Below are positions 24,701-36,700 of a stretch of DNA of 64,000 nt, piece by piece; positions within the stretch are counted from its first letter, which is position 1, and each line of letters opens with the position of its first letter. Below the pieces are notes generated by a model, which was not told the DNA's origin, ran no database searches, and saw only the letters and a program-made list of their open reading frames with translations. The DNA comes from Acanthaster planci (lineage: Eukaryota). The translations under genes were made by a program, and so were the position numbers. The stretch is taken from NCBI RefSeq assembly GCF_001949145.1, contig NW_019091357.1, positions 3,231,078 through 3,295,077 on the forward strand. Reading direction: 5' to 3'.

Positions 24701-27700
24701 TACTGTCTGGGTTGTTTCGCTGCAGCCTGAGTGATGTTTCCCTGGACGTCACCAGGAAAGATGCAATCGGTTCCCCTGCCTACCAGGTTGAGAGGTGCAG
24801 CTGTCCCTCGGGCTATACAGGCTTGTCTTGCGAGGTAGGCCCCTCTTTTGTCACCCTGTCATCTTTTTTCAGCTGTACTATTTCCGGGCTCAGTTTGTCG
24901 TCAAGAAGCATATTGTAGAGACGGTTTTGAACAAGACTGTCTGAGAACACAACGTTATGCTTGTATTGTCGCCGTGATCACCGTGAGACCAGACACAAGA
25001 CCAGTCTTGAATTTTATTGGCTGAACGGTGACAAACGCATGCGTGTGTCGCAGTTGATTTCATTAGTTTGTGACTTGATTATTAGATTGGAGATCTTTTG
25101 ATGATATCTAAAGGTCTTGTGATGGCTCAAGGTTTTTGAGATAATAAAGTGGCACCTGTTTCTACATCTTACTCGGACCGGCCAGCCACCACCGGCAAGT
25201 TCGGTGGTGGAGTGGTTAAGACATCTACTCTAGTAAGCGGGAGGTCGTGGGTTCAAGTCCCACCCGAGTAAGCTTGTGAATTTGTTCCTAAGCTTTTGGA
25301 CAGCACTGAGTATACAGTGTTTATGAATATACGTCGGGTAAAGGCAAAACCCCAAAAATAGAGCTATTCATTTTTATCAGTTGATGAATTTGAAGTTATT
25401 TCTTTGGTGGTTGTTCTGCCCTCAGGAGTGCGAACCTGGTTTCCGTCGTTCCGCTGGCCAGTACCTTGGTACGTGCGAACCCTGTGACTGCAACGGTCAC
25501 TCCAACACCTGTGATCCTGAAAGTGGCAGATGTTACGTGAGTTTTGTCCCTGTCATACCTCGCCTAGCTTTGTTGCCTTAGGGCTCATGTGATCTCTAAT
25601 TCAATCCCAACTTGCGTGAAAAAAGGTACAGCTATATACACTGACTCTTGACAGATTGATTGTTAGGGGAAACTAATAACACTTTCCTTGTTGCTCAGGA
25701 TTGTCAAGACAACACGGAAGGGGACAACTGCGAACTCTGCAAAGTGGGCTATTTCGGCGACGCCACCACCGGTTCCCCCGACAGCTGTACCATCTGCTCC
25801 TGCCCTTATCCTGATGAGACCAGGAAGTAGGTTCTTTTCTTCCCCTGAAGATTGGCCAAAGAAAAAAAAAGTGGTTGCACGGTCACCAGTTTCTTAAACA
25901 TCACATGTCCACTGAGACTATTAAAGTTGTGGCTTAATACGAGTTGGCAAGATTTTTTAAATTAACAAATTTTTAATGATTAGTTGCTGTTACTTTCCCA
26001 CTGTGTCTGTCAGTCTTTTGGGGGAAAGCACTGTTAAGATTTTAAGAATAGCATTGTTGATGGCATTCAAGTCTTAAGCCACAGGTATTGACAGCCAAGG
26101 AGAAAAAAGAAATGGACTTAAGCCTACGAGTGTACAGTGTGAATGAATAGATCATAGATTGGGCAAGTTTTAGGTTTAACAAGTTCAGATTTTTTGTCCA
26201 AGATGGTTCGTTGTGAAATCTGTACTTTGGAACGTAGATTACAATCTACTTGTGTTCATCTGAGCCAGGTGAACTTTAAGCCAGGACATGATAGTTTCTC
26301 TGTTCCATCCTCCAAATCACTTGAGCATTCACTTTAGATGACTGCCCTGTACTTTGCTGTAGAACCCAACTACAGTGGATGACAGCAGTGCCTGCCAAGG
26401 ACTGCCAAGCTATAATCATTGGAGATGCGAGTGGCCCACTCCATTAGGGTCTTTGCCGATGAGGCGCGTGGCCTTCTCTAATGCCCTATGCGTGAAAGGA
26501 ACCAGTCTATCTGGCCTACTGGAGAGTCCCAATAGAGCAAGGGTGAAAGCCCTATTTCTTGAGTTTCATTCATGGGCTACAATCTGGACCTGGCTGAGCC
26601 GTAATTATTTCAAGATGGAGTATTAATAATGATGGTGCTTTTTTTAAATCAATTTTCTTTCTCAGCTACGCGTACACCTGCTCCATCGTGCCCGAGGGTA
26701 TGAAATGTGAGTGCTTGCTTGGTCACGTCGGGGAGCGCTGCGATGTGTAAGTAGCAGAGCCATGTGGCTAGCCCTCTGGGATGATGCAAAGAGTAGACAC
26801 ATCTCACAACCAATGATTTACTAACCCTCCCCTCCTTGGTTCTTGTATCAGTGCAAGTCTGTTATGCCGTTTGTCAAATTTGTTCATTGCTAACACACAG
26901 TCTGGTTTCATAGTTAAAAGCAAACCATAATAAAGTTGTGATGTAGATTGTCAAGTTGTCATGGTAATCGGACACTGCATCATTGTGCAGCATCAGCTGT
27001 GCTGTCTCATGACATTTTGACAACCTGTGGTGAAATGTAGGACCAAGCATAGTGGTGTGTTTAGGCTTATGTGCTGTGCGTACATTCTCTATGTGATTCA
27101 GAAATATTAGAAACCTTGTGTGAGGTTATCAGTTAGGATTAGAATTTTTGAAACCATGTTAATGCTGCTGAAAATGAGATGTTGGAAAGTCTCAAATTCA
27201 AGGCTCTTGCCTAGAGCAGCAGCATGTCTCAGATTGTAGCTGTTCTCCCCGTGGAACAGGTGCGACGAGGGCTACTTCGGCGACCCCAGCCAGTCCTACG
27301 GCTTCTGCCGCAAGTGCAACTGCAGCGGCAACTCGGTGCCCAACGCCAACGGGCCGGAGTGCGACCCTCGCTTTGGCAACTGCCTGCAGTGCCGGCCGGG
27401 CACCACAGGAGTTAACTGTGACAAGTGTGACCGCTGGTATTACGGTGACGCCGTTATCTCCAGGAACTGTCAGGGTGAGTGGTGGCCTGGTTGGAGGCAG
27501 CAGTGGTCCTTCGGATTTGACCACTTTGCTTGGTTTTTGAAGGATTCAGGTCCCCAGGTCCCTGCCCCCACACCACTGTCTGTACCAACAACTTTAACAG
27601 CAGTGTAACGCAGGGTATTGGATTTTGTGAAGATCTGGCAAAATTTTCTTAGCTGCAGGTTTTGGAAGATTTGGAAGGATTGAGGAAAGTTGAACCTGTC

Positions 27701-30700
27701 CACCGTAACTTGGTACTCATTGAAAATAAAGGTGGAGAGAATATGGCTTTGTCTGAAACAGGCTTCCAGAGCTACGACTACATCTGTTGTCAGTGCACAT
27801 CTGCGTATTTCCAATGGAGCAAAGGCCTAAACCTAGCTCTAGTCAACAGATTAAGATGCAGCCTATGCCACTGGTTTCCTGCAAAGTTTATAACTTTTGA
27901 GAAGCTAATTACAAATTGGTCAAGGGTTTCATATATTTTATGAGGAACCTCACTTCTCCCCAAAAAGAGACAAAATACCGTGGACCTCCAGCGTAGGGCT
28001 GGAAATCCTAACTTTTTGTAGAGACCATTTGGCGATTCAGGTCTCTTCTCTCTCTTTTGTCTGTTTCTTTTTAACGTGATAAGATGCAAATAATTTTCAA
28101 ATAACGTAACATGAATTGCTTCATGTGTTGTTTTTTTTCACATTCTGTTGTCTCAGAATGTTTGTGTGATCGTTGTGGCAGCAGTGAGTGTGACGTCAAC
28201 ACGGGGCGCTGCGAATGCAAGGATAATGTCGTCGGTACCCTCTGCGACCGCTGCTCTGTGAGTTCATTCATCTGTTGCCATTCTTTAATGTCTGTTTTCG
28301 TTTATAGTAATGTCAACACTCGGAGTCAAATCTGTCACCAAAATTACGAAGAAAACCCAGCATCGGATGGAAACTTTAAGAACCCGGTTTGAGGAATCCC
28401 CAGGATTGGTTTTGTGTTTCAGAATTGTTGACTCCCAAAGTGTGGAGTTTTGTGGAATGTACAGAGCGAGGTTTGTGAATTCTCAGGACTGGCTTCACAT
28501 TTTAGGATTTGTACCCCAGAATGGATTCTTAGGGGTTCAACGATTCAGGTTTTGCTATTTTGGGGACGAAATGAAAATGCAGGATTTCCATAATCACAGT
28601 CATTTGTGAGAGAACTCAAGCCTCTAAATACCTAACGGCGACCCTTCTAAGCCACAGTCTTTTATCATCACTGTTTCCACCACCTCTGCTGAATGATCTG
28701 TGGATTTTTCCCTCCGCCATCTCACCCCGAAATTAAGGGTGAGAGTCTAAGTTTAATTCGATAAACGTTTAAGGACAACTTCCCGTATACTTTTTACACA
28801 TTTAAACGTTTAAACCAACGCTTCACAAAGGCTGGTTTGATTCACACGTATGCATACATAGTTCACCAACAATGCACATGACTGGCTCATTGCCTGAATG
28901 TAGTTCGATGTTAGGAAGCATCCAAACCGAGCAATTTTTCTTGTGTTGAATCTAATTTTCTCTAAACTAGGAGATGGATGCAGAAAGGAAAACTCGCTGT
29001 GTAGACAGTAAGAGTGCATTTATTTGGACTGGTTAAAAAATGAACTCCACATGACGTAAGTCAAGGTAATGTGGAAGCCTGGAAAGAAATGGGGTTCTCT
29101 TTAAGCCTTTGGGAAAACGTGGTAATCGTTTACTGAACTCTTTTCGTTTAAATGTTCAAACTTGTAAATGTCACACCATTACCCGAAATAACGAGGGTAA
29201 AAAAGTATCACTGTGCCGTTTCGGCCCCCATACATTGCTTACATTTTTTGGTTTTTTCCCCTCTCTTTCTCTTTCTGTTTTTCTGACGGTCAGCCTGGCT
29301 TCTGGAATTTCAGCAGCTGTGCAGGCTGCGACCCCTGCCAGTGTGCCCTGGCATCGGAGAGCGGCCAGTGCGACTTTGAGACGGGCCAGTGTCAGTGCAA
29401 GCCGGGGGTGGGCGGAGCCAAGTGCGATCAGTGCCTGCACGGTCACTGGAACTACGGCTTCGACGGATGCCAACGTAAGCTGTTGACCGTAGAGGCGATT
29501 TGTACTCTGTATGAAAGCGAAGAAGAAGTTGGGACATTGGACCAAATCTTTGCAAGCGAATTTTGCTGTGGATGTTTTGTAACGTCAAATATACATGTAC
29601 TTTGCTTCCTCATTCCCTGGAAGTGTGAACCCGCCATGAAGTTTCATGTCATTAAAAAGAGGTGGGGCCAAACCTGGCATATAAGTGAACCTCAGTGCAA
29701 AATGTTGACTTCAAATCAAATATTTGCACTGCGCGTCTCAAAAGTTGAATTCACGTCAACTCGAGCAGGTTTCACCTCAAATGTTTCGTGTTTAATATCA
29801 AATTCACTCTGCCTTCACATTCGGCTGAATTATGGACTGACGTGCGAAACCAGTTGGATTTTTAAGTGACATTCCTGCGAACAGTTCATTCTCCGAAGAT
29901 GCTTGACAAGGTAGGGTTAACTCTCTGGTATTGTCTTGATTGGAGACTGTATCAGCCCATTTTATCAACTGAGTGTGGTGGAAAAGCCCAGAGTCAACTT
30001 TCTCCCCCCCCCAAAAAAAAGGGTTGGATATACTTGGACCAGTTGAAAATATTGATGGGCCTATTATTGATTGTGTGACTCATTGCACTCAAGCCAAATG
30101 TACTCTAAAAGTTTGAGGGTTAATTTCGTTGACTCCAGCTTGTGCCTGCGAGCCCCACCTTCGCTGCGACGCGGCTACTGGTGAATGCCTCTGTCCCCCA
30201 GGTGCCACGGGAGATAATTGCGAATTCTGTGAGGACCGTTACATCATGACGGACGAGGGCTGCCAACGTAAGTTCCTGTATGGACCATGTGCTCCCTATG
30301 CAAGCCGTGCATGGTTTCATAATGAGAATACAAGTGTTTTCCCATTTGTGACTTGGTGTGAAGCCCCTGTGAGATGGTCGTGGCCCCACTTGATGGGCTT
30401 AGTCATTGTTTTAATGGTGGCTGGTGGCCCACGCCAGTGGGCATGGTCAGTAGTATGGTCAGTGCTAATTGGTGTAGTCGATAGCAAAGGATGTGGCCAC
30501 TGTGGTAATGGTTGTGGCTACTGGCAAATGGGTGTGGCCACTGTATTTGGAATGTTGTCACCTAATGGGCACTGTGATTGAGCGTGCATGAGGTTGTCAC
30601 ACCTGTCATTCTTGACTAAGGTCTAGGCCATTTTACTTCATTCTCCAAGATATATGACTGACTTTCTTAAAATTTTGAATGAGGCTTTTGGTGTTTGATG

Positions 30701-33700
30701 TTTGTTATGGTGCTACCCCCGCACAGCATGCGATGAGTGCGTTTCCCTCCTGCTGGACATGATGAACGCGCTGGACTTCGACATCAACGGCGCCGTGGCC
30801 AATCTGTCCGGACTATCGGTGGGCTTTGAGACCTACCAGAGACTGAGCAACCTCAACAAGTCAGTGATCGCTGCAGTGGTAAGCTAGCGATTGGTGCTGG
30901 TGTTGGATCCAATGATCACAAGGCGCTTTAAAATGATCATACATTGATCAGGCCAAATACCAGTTGGTAGCCAGCATCATATCATGTGGTCCCACCCCTC
31001 ACAGGTTCCCATGTGCAATGTTGTATTCAAGTCTCTTCTCAAGTCCCTTCACAGTAGCAGGGTGAGCATTGACAAGAGAATGGTTTTGTCACGGTTTATT
31101 TGAGTAGTTTGTGAATTGGCTGAAGACTGAATGACTTGTGATGGATTTGCAGGGACTTGTGATAGCCTGGAATACAACTCTGCCCCTGTGTGCCCCTGGG
31201 TGGTAGGGAGAGGCAAATGGGGAGGAATTGACTTGACCAAGGTCACAACATGTAGCTGGCTGCTGGATTCGAACCCCCAACATTCTGATTTGGAGTCACA
31301 AACCCTATTCCCTAAGCCACACATTGCCAAACTGCCTGTCTGCTTATCATGGTCCTCAAAAGTACCCCCCCCAAAAAAAAACACTTAAAGTTTCTGAAAG
31401 TTACTCAGTGATTTTTAAAGCCGGAGGTCTGGCTGCTTAAGAAATGTTGGTTCTAGTTTATACCCCGTGCTGCAGTCCATATTTGGCCCATTTTAGGGTT
31501 CCCTTTTTGGAAATTAATTTTAAATTCTGGCAAGCTGTTATCAACAGGAATGCCTTCGCATTATTTGGGCCCATGTTTTGTTGAGTGATCTCTCTGTGTT
31601 TCCCTGTTGCCCGTCTCAGAATCGCACCAAGAATCTTGCTGAGAACAACTTGGTGGTGTCTGACGGCATCTTGATTGTGGAGACTAACTACAGCGGCCTG
31701 CTGGACCAAGCGATCCAACTCAGGATCCGGGTGAGTACTTCACCAGGTTGTCAGTCCTGGCCTCAAACCTGAGCCTGTCCCACAAACCAAGCCAGGCTAT
31801 TTGTTCCCGCGGCCTGGAACAGTCATGAAAAAGTCATGGAAAGTTGTTTTCGTTTTCGAGGGCTGGAATTCTAAGTCATGGAATTTTTGAAAAATTACTA
31901 GAGTCATGGAAAAGTTTCTGAATTTTCAAACACTGTGTGTGATTTCTGGTCTTAGAAATAAGTGCATAAAATGTGTGATTGTATTCACAACTTAAATGGC
32001 TGAATAGTCCAAGAAATTGCGTTATTGGGTCATGGATTTTCATAATTCCGTCATGGAAAAGTCATGGAATTTCATTGTCTTTTAGGTGTAGGAACCCTGC
32101 CGTACATGTAGGCATGCAGAGCCTCGAACTGGCAGCTTGCACAATCGTAACAGAATTGCTTCTTCCAATCGCATGGCATAAGAACTAAGGCAGCACGCTC
32201 AAAATTACCCGTTAAGCAACATGCACTGGAATCACTGAACCGGCTATGTTTATTGTGTAAAGCTGCCAGACAGAGGCTTTGCATGCCTATGGCAGCAGCG
32301 TGTAAAGAGCGAATGCCTAGGCCTTCCAGTCCTGTGATCTTTAATTCTGTTAGCCCTGGTCTATCTCACAACAGAGCCCCCAGACCTCGAGATGGGCTGA
32401 CAGTACTTAAATCCCGCCCACCACGAATGAGTCTGTGGCTGTTGTCCTGTTCAATTCCGGCGTGCAGGCAACCTGCACAAAGGACCATTGGCCGAGGCAG
32501 TCACTGCCACACTCCTTTGTACACATTCTAGCTGGGAATTTAAGAGCCATTGGCATGATCAAAGCTGGCTATAGCTATCAATCAAATCGGTAGGAACACT
32601 GGCTCAGGACAAGTTAGTGGCTGGAGAGCCTGCTGATTAGAGCAAGAGTTCAAACACACCCAAAGGCCCTTGCTTTGCCCGAGAGTAGCCTGTCTTTTTG
32701 ATGGCAAAACCAGGCTGCTGGTTCCGCTTTAGCTTCCTGAATTTGTTGCCTACCCCGCCAGTCGTCAAAACGGGAAGGTCCTGGAGAAAAGATTGCATTT
32801 TAAAATGTTGAATTTTTATGCATTACTCAACAGCACAGAACCAGTCAGAAGTCACTAGAGATATTGATTTACAGGCTCTTTCTTAGGACGGAATTTTGTG
32901 GCAGTTGAATACCCTTAATTGCATCAAAACCCATTGGTTGGGCGTATTTTATTGGAAATACATGTGTGCATCACCGAACCTTTTGTGGGGAAAAGTAAAC
33001 ATAGCATGAGCATTTTATCACTCTGTTGAGCTTCTGTAACAGACACAAACAGCACTGTCTCCGTTTGTCATTTCCAGTCGGACAACATCAAGCAGATGGC
33101 CAATGAGACCAAGATGGAAGCATTGGACACCGGCTACAGGGCGGTCAACGTGGAGCGCCAAATCAATGAGACCATCCAAGCAGTCTTAGGTCCGTTGGAA
33201 CGGCCCCGATGCACCTTACCCACCACGGTCTTTTTGGCCGCTAACCTTCATCTTTCCCAGAGCCCAACACTCTCCCACATTAGGCAATTACAGTCTTTGA
33301 GCTCTTCCAGGAAAATTTGGAAAGAAAGAGTGAAATATACAGCACTAACTGCTGGATTTTGGTAGATTAAAGAGCTGAAGGAAACTATTAACAATAGTTT
33401 TATGTACTTTTTCACTAGATCTCTGATTTGTGGATGGGAGGCTTAGGGGAAAGATAGCAGATGGGGTTCTATGAAGTTTTATTGAAATATTTTTTTCATC
33501 TTTGTATAATCCTGTGCGTAAGTGACATCTAGATCTCAGATTTTTACGACGTGCATCTGGGTTCTCAACAAAGACGTTGACAAATTGAAGAGCGTGTGTT
33601 GCACACTGGTGCAGTAATCCTGAAGTTCCAGGTTCACCCCCGGTCATGCCCAGTTTTTTTTTTTGCTGTACTTCCAGACGCTGTCAAGGCCCTGTACAAC

Positions 33701-36700
33701 AACTCCAACATTCCTGAGAACGCCAACATATCCGACATATCTGGCATTCTGGCTGAAGCGCGAATGATCGTGGCCGAAATCGCTGCCCGGAATTTCTCAG
33801 CGGGTCGGAAATCCTCGGACCAGGAGCTTGCGGCCGCAAGGGATGGTGAGAATTCTTGGCAATTAGAAATCTCTCTTTGAACAATCGGACACAAATCACA
33901 CTCTTTCTGTTAGCAACAAAGCAACATGTGTACATAGTGCACGGAACGCAGACAACTTTAATTGATACCTCAAAAGGTACCGAGACACTGTAGCTTAGAA
34001 GCTTGAAAAAAATCGTAAAGAGAGGACAATGAAGAAAAGAAATCACTTTCAGAGAATGTTTTTCACAGAAAACGATCATGCCGAGCACTGTTGTGAAGGC
34101 ATTGATGTTGGAAAACTACCAACATAAACAGATAGCAGTGCGTTATTGTTACAATATTTTTTACGTATGCTTACATTTTATTTGCCAAACTCAGTGATTT
34201 TTTTATTCCACATTATATCCAAAAAGGGAAATTGCAGAGGTGCCAGTCTGTTACCATGGTAACACATACGTGTAGTCTAAATACCTGATCCTTTCGAAAT
34301 GCAAATTTAAAAGAGATTCCTGAAAGAGAGACACTTTAGATTAGGTCCGAACTGACTACCACCAGGACAAAACAGGATATGTTGGGCAAGAGCATTCAGA
34401 TATGTCTGTCCATTACCCACGAAATTACCCGGAAGTGATGAAAACTAGAATAGGTTTCAGGAAAATCCACAAAGATCAGGTGAGAGCATTGATAACCTAA
34501 GTCATGAAGACCTGGAGGGGATTCGAATCTTGGCCAGAGTGGTGAAAGGAGCAGAAAAGTGCTGTTGTGCCAACCTGATTGTACTTCATTTTACTTTGCC
34601 ACCCCCTTTCCTTGGCCGTGTCCCAGTGCTTGAGAGGGTGAAGCAGCTTCGCAACGTCTCCCTGGAGCTGATGGGCCATGTCCGGAACGTCTCAGATCAC
34701 ATGCAGGGCTTTCTGGACCAGTTGCAGAAGCTGATCGACACCAGCAGAATGGCCAATAACCACTCCACTGCGGCCGAGAATCTCAATGCCGGGAACCAGG
34801 AGCCGGCCTTTGAGGTACGTGAAGAGTGGCGTATGGGGAATACAGTGGAGGCTGGGAACCGGCTTGGACTTTAGACAGGGCTCCTCATGAAAGGGCGGGG
34901 TTTTCTTTTATTTGATACTCGCGTCACTTGATAGCTCTGACAAAACCGTGTCATTGATGCCAAGTCTTGTTCACTTACCAGATATGTGGAAATTATGGCC
35001 AAATTGGGTATGGAGTGGAATACGCTATTGACAAAAGTCGATTATTGCAATATATTGTGTTTTCTTAGAAAGGACAGTTACTGTCAGCTGAAAGCTTAGG
35101 AGATTGGTTTTTGACATTCACCTTCCGGGAGGGATGTGATTTCCCAAATTATTAAACAGTTACTGATGATTTTGTTGGACCATACAATCCTTGTGGCTTG
35201 ACTGCATCGCCCCATCATTCACCTCAGTGAAAGACCTCGTGTTAATACTGCATGAGCATTCCCACGGTGGCGGGTGGCCACACACCTCATTGAAGACTAA
35301 GCTGAGCTTTTGATGAGCAAAGGAGAATCCTGCAAATCCACCATTTTGGAGATTTATCTGATTTTGTCAGTGAATCTTGCAGTGTCATTGGTCTTGAGGA
35401 TATTCAGTGGTACATCCTGCTGAGTGGTAAAAAACAGGTGACAACCAAAGGGTACAAGGGTTTAAAGGAACCAGGAAATAAAAATATTTTTATAACGTTT
35501 ACTAAAAAACCCTTGAAATTGCACCTTTGGGTTTCAATTTTTTTTGTTTTATGCTAATACTATTTGCATATTCATGAGCAGAACTATAATGTCATCCAAG
35601 GCACTGAATCTCAATGTTGCACTGATTTGTGCACAGAAAATTTCTAGATTTTTTTTAACCACTGCCATGGCAGATTTCATTTTCTTTGGCAATTTATTGC
35701 TGTGTAAGTATATGGCAATAATCCAGCATAAATCCTTTTCACAGAAATGTTAATATCAAAGTTGGGATTCACAATTTGAACATGAAAACATGCAACCTGA
35801 ACCATGTCTTCCTGGATTTAGATCAAAGCAAAAACGCCCTCACTTGTCCAGAAATGCTTGGTCAATTTTTAATGTTTGAAAAAGTGCACCGTTCAGTTCC
35901 CGTAACTCAAAAAAGATGTCCAACAGTCTTCATACATGGAAGAAGAGTACAGAGATACACAAAAGGTGATTCTAAGAGAAATTCATTTCCTGGATCCTTT
36001 AACATTGTCAAGACCTTGAATTCTGCCCGAGCATCCTTGATATTTGGAGGGATGGTCAGGTGCTTTGATTCATGTCTCTTTTTCCCCATTCTTTCTCGTA
36101 AGGCCGTCATCCTGGAGGTCGATGCTAAATTCAAGGGAGCCACCGAGGACGTTGACAACGCCACTGCGCTGATCATGGCAGCCATGCAGCTCCTGGAGGA
36201 AGCCCAGAACGCCTTGGATGTGAGTCCCAAGAAGAGCTAAACTTGAAACATTGGAGGGCTTGACATTTGGATCCTAGTCAGAAGTTAGAGGGGCAAGATG
36301 TCGTGATCATGTTGTGTGCAGTTCAGGGAAAATTTCACGCACTTTTTGTGTACCTCCTTGTTCAAGTCGGACATTTTTTGCTTGTATGATCGATGTTCCT
36401 AAAAAGAAATCAGTGTATCTTGGGTCGTTCGAAGAGTCTGTCTGAAATTTTAACTTCCCCTGGTTCATGTTAGAGGCACTAATTCTAAAATATTTATCAC
36501 ACGCAACTTGCGTGTGATAAATTGCTGACTTCACCATGCATACCGTCGAACTTCATCAGAAGGGTTCGAATATTTTTTTTTTTTCCCCGCCCTCCTCTTG
36601 TCCCTCCAGGCCACTCAGGCCAACGCTACGGCCCTGGAAGAGGCCATCCGCAGACTGGAGCCCCGGGTAAACTTTGTGGTCAACAAGTCGGACTCAGTGG

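Noticed and set aside
25197..25270. tRNA-like sequence with A and B boxes
   Set aside because: The anticodon loop is irregular, the acceptor stem is imperfect, and homology to the copy at 9375-9503 extends past the tRNA part. It is a SINE head, not a tRNA gene.
30268..30581. Read-through of the exon 30139-30267 frame into a hydrophobic tail (possible membrane-anchored truncated isoform); similar read-through at 29475-29869
   Set aside because: Both exons have strong GTAAG donors. The 30268-30581 extension overlaps a degenerate GTGGCC-rich repeat, and neither extension shows protein-family similarity or other support.
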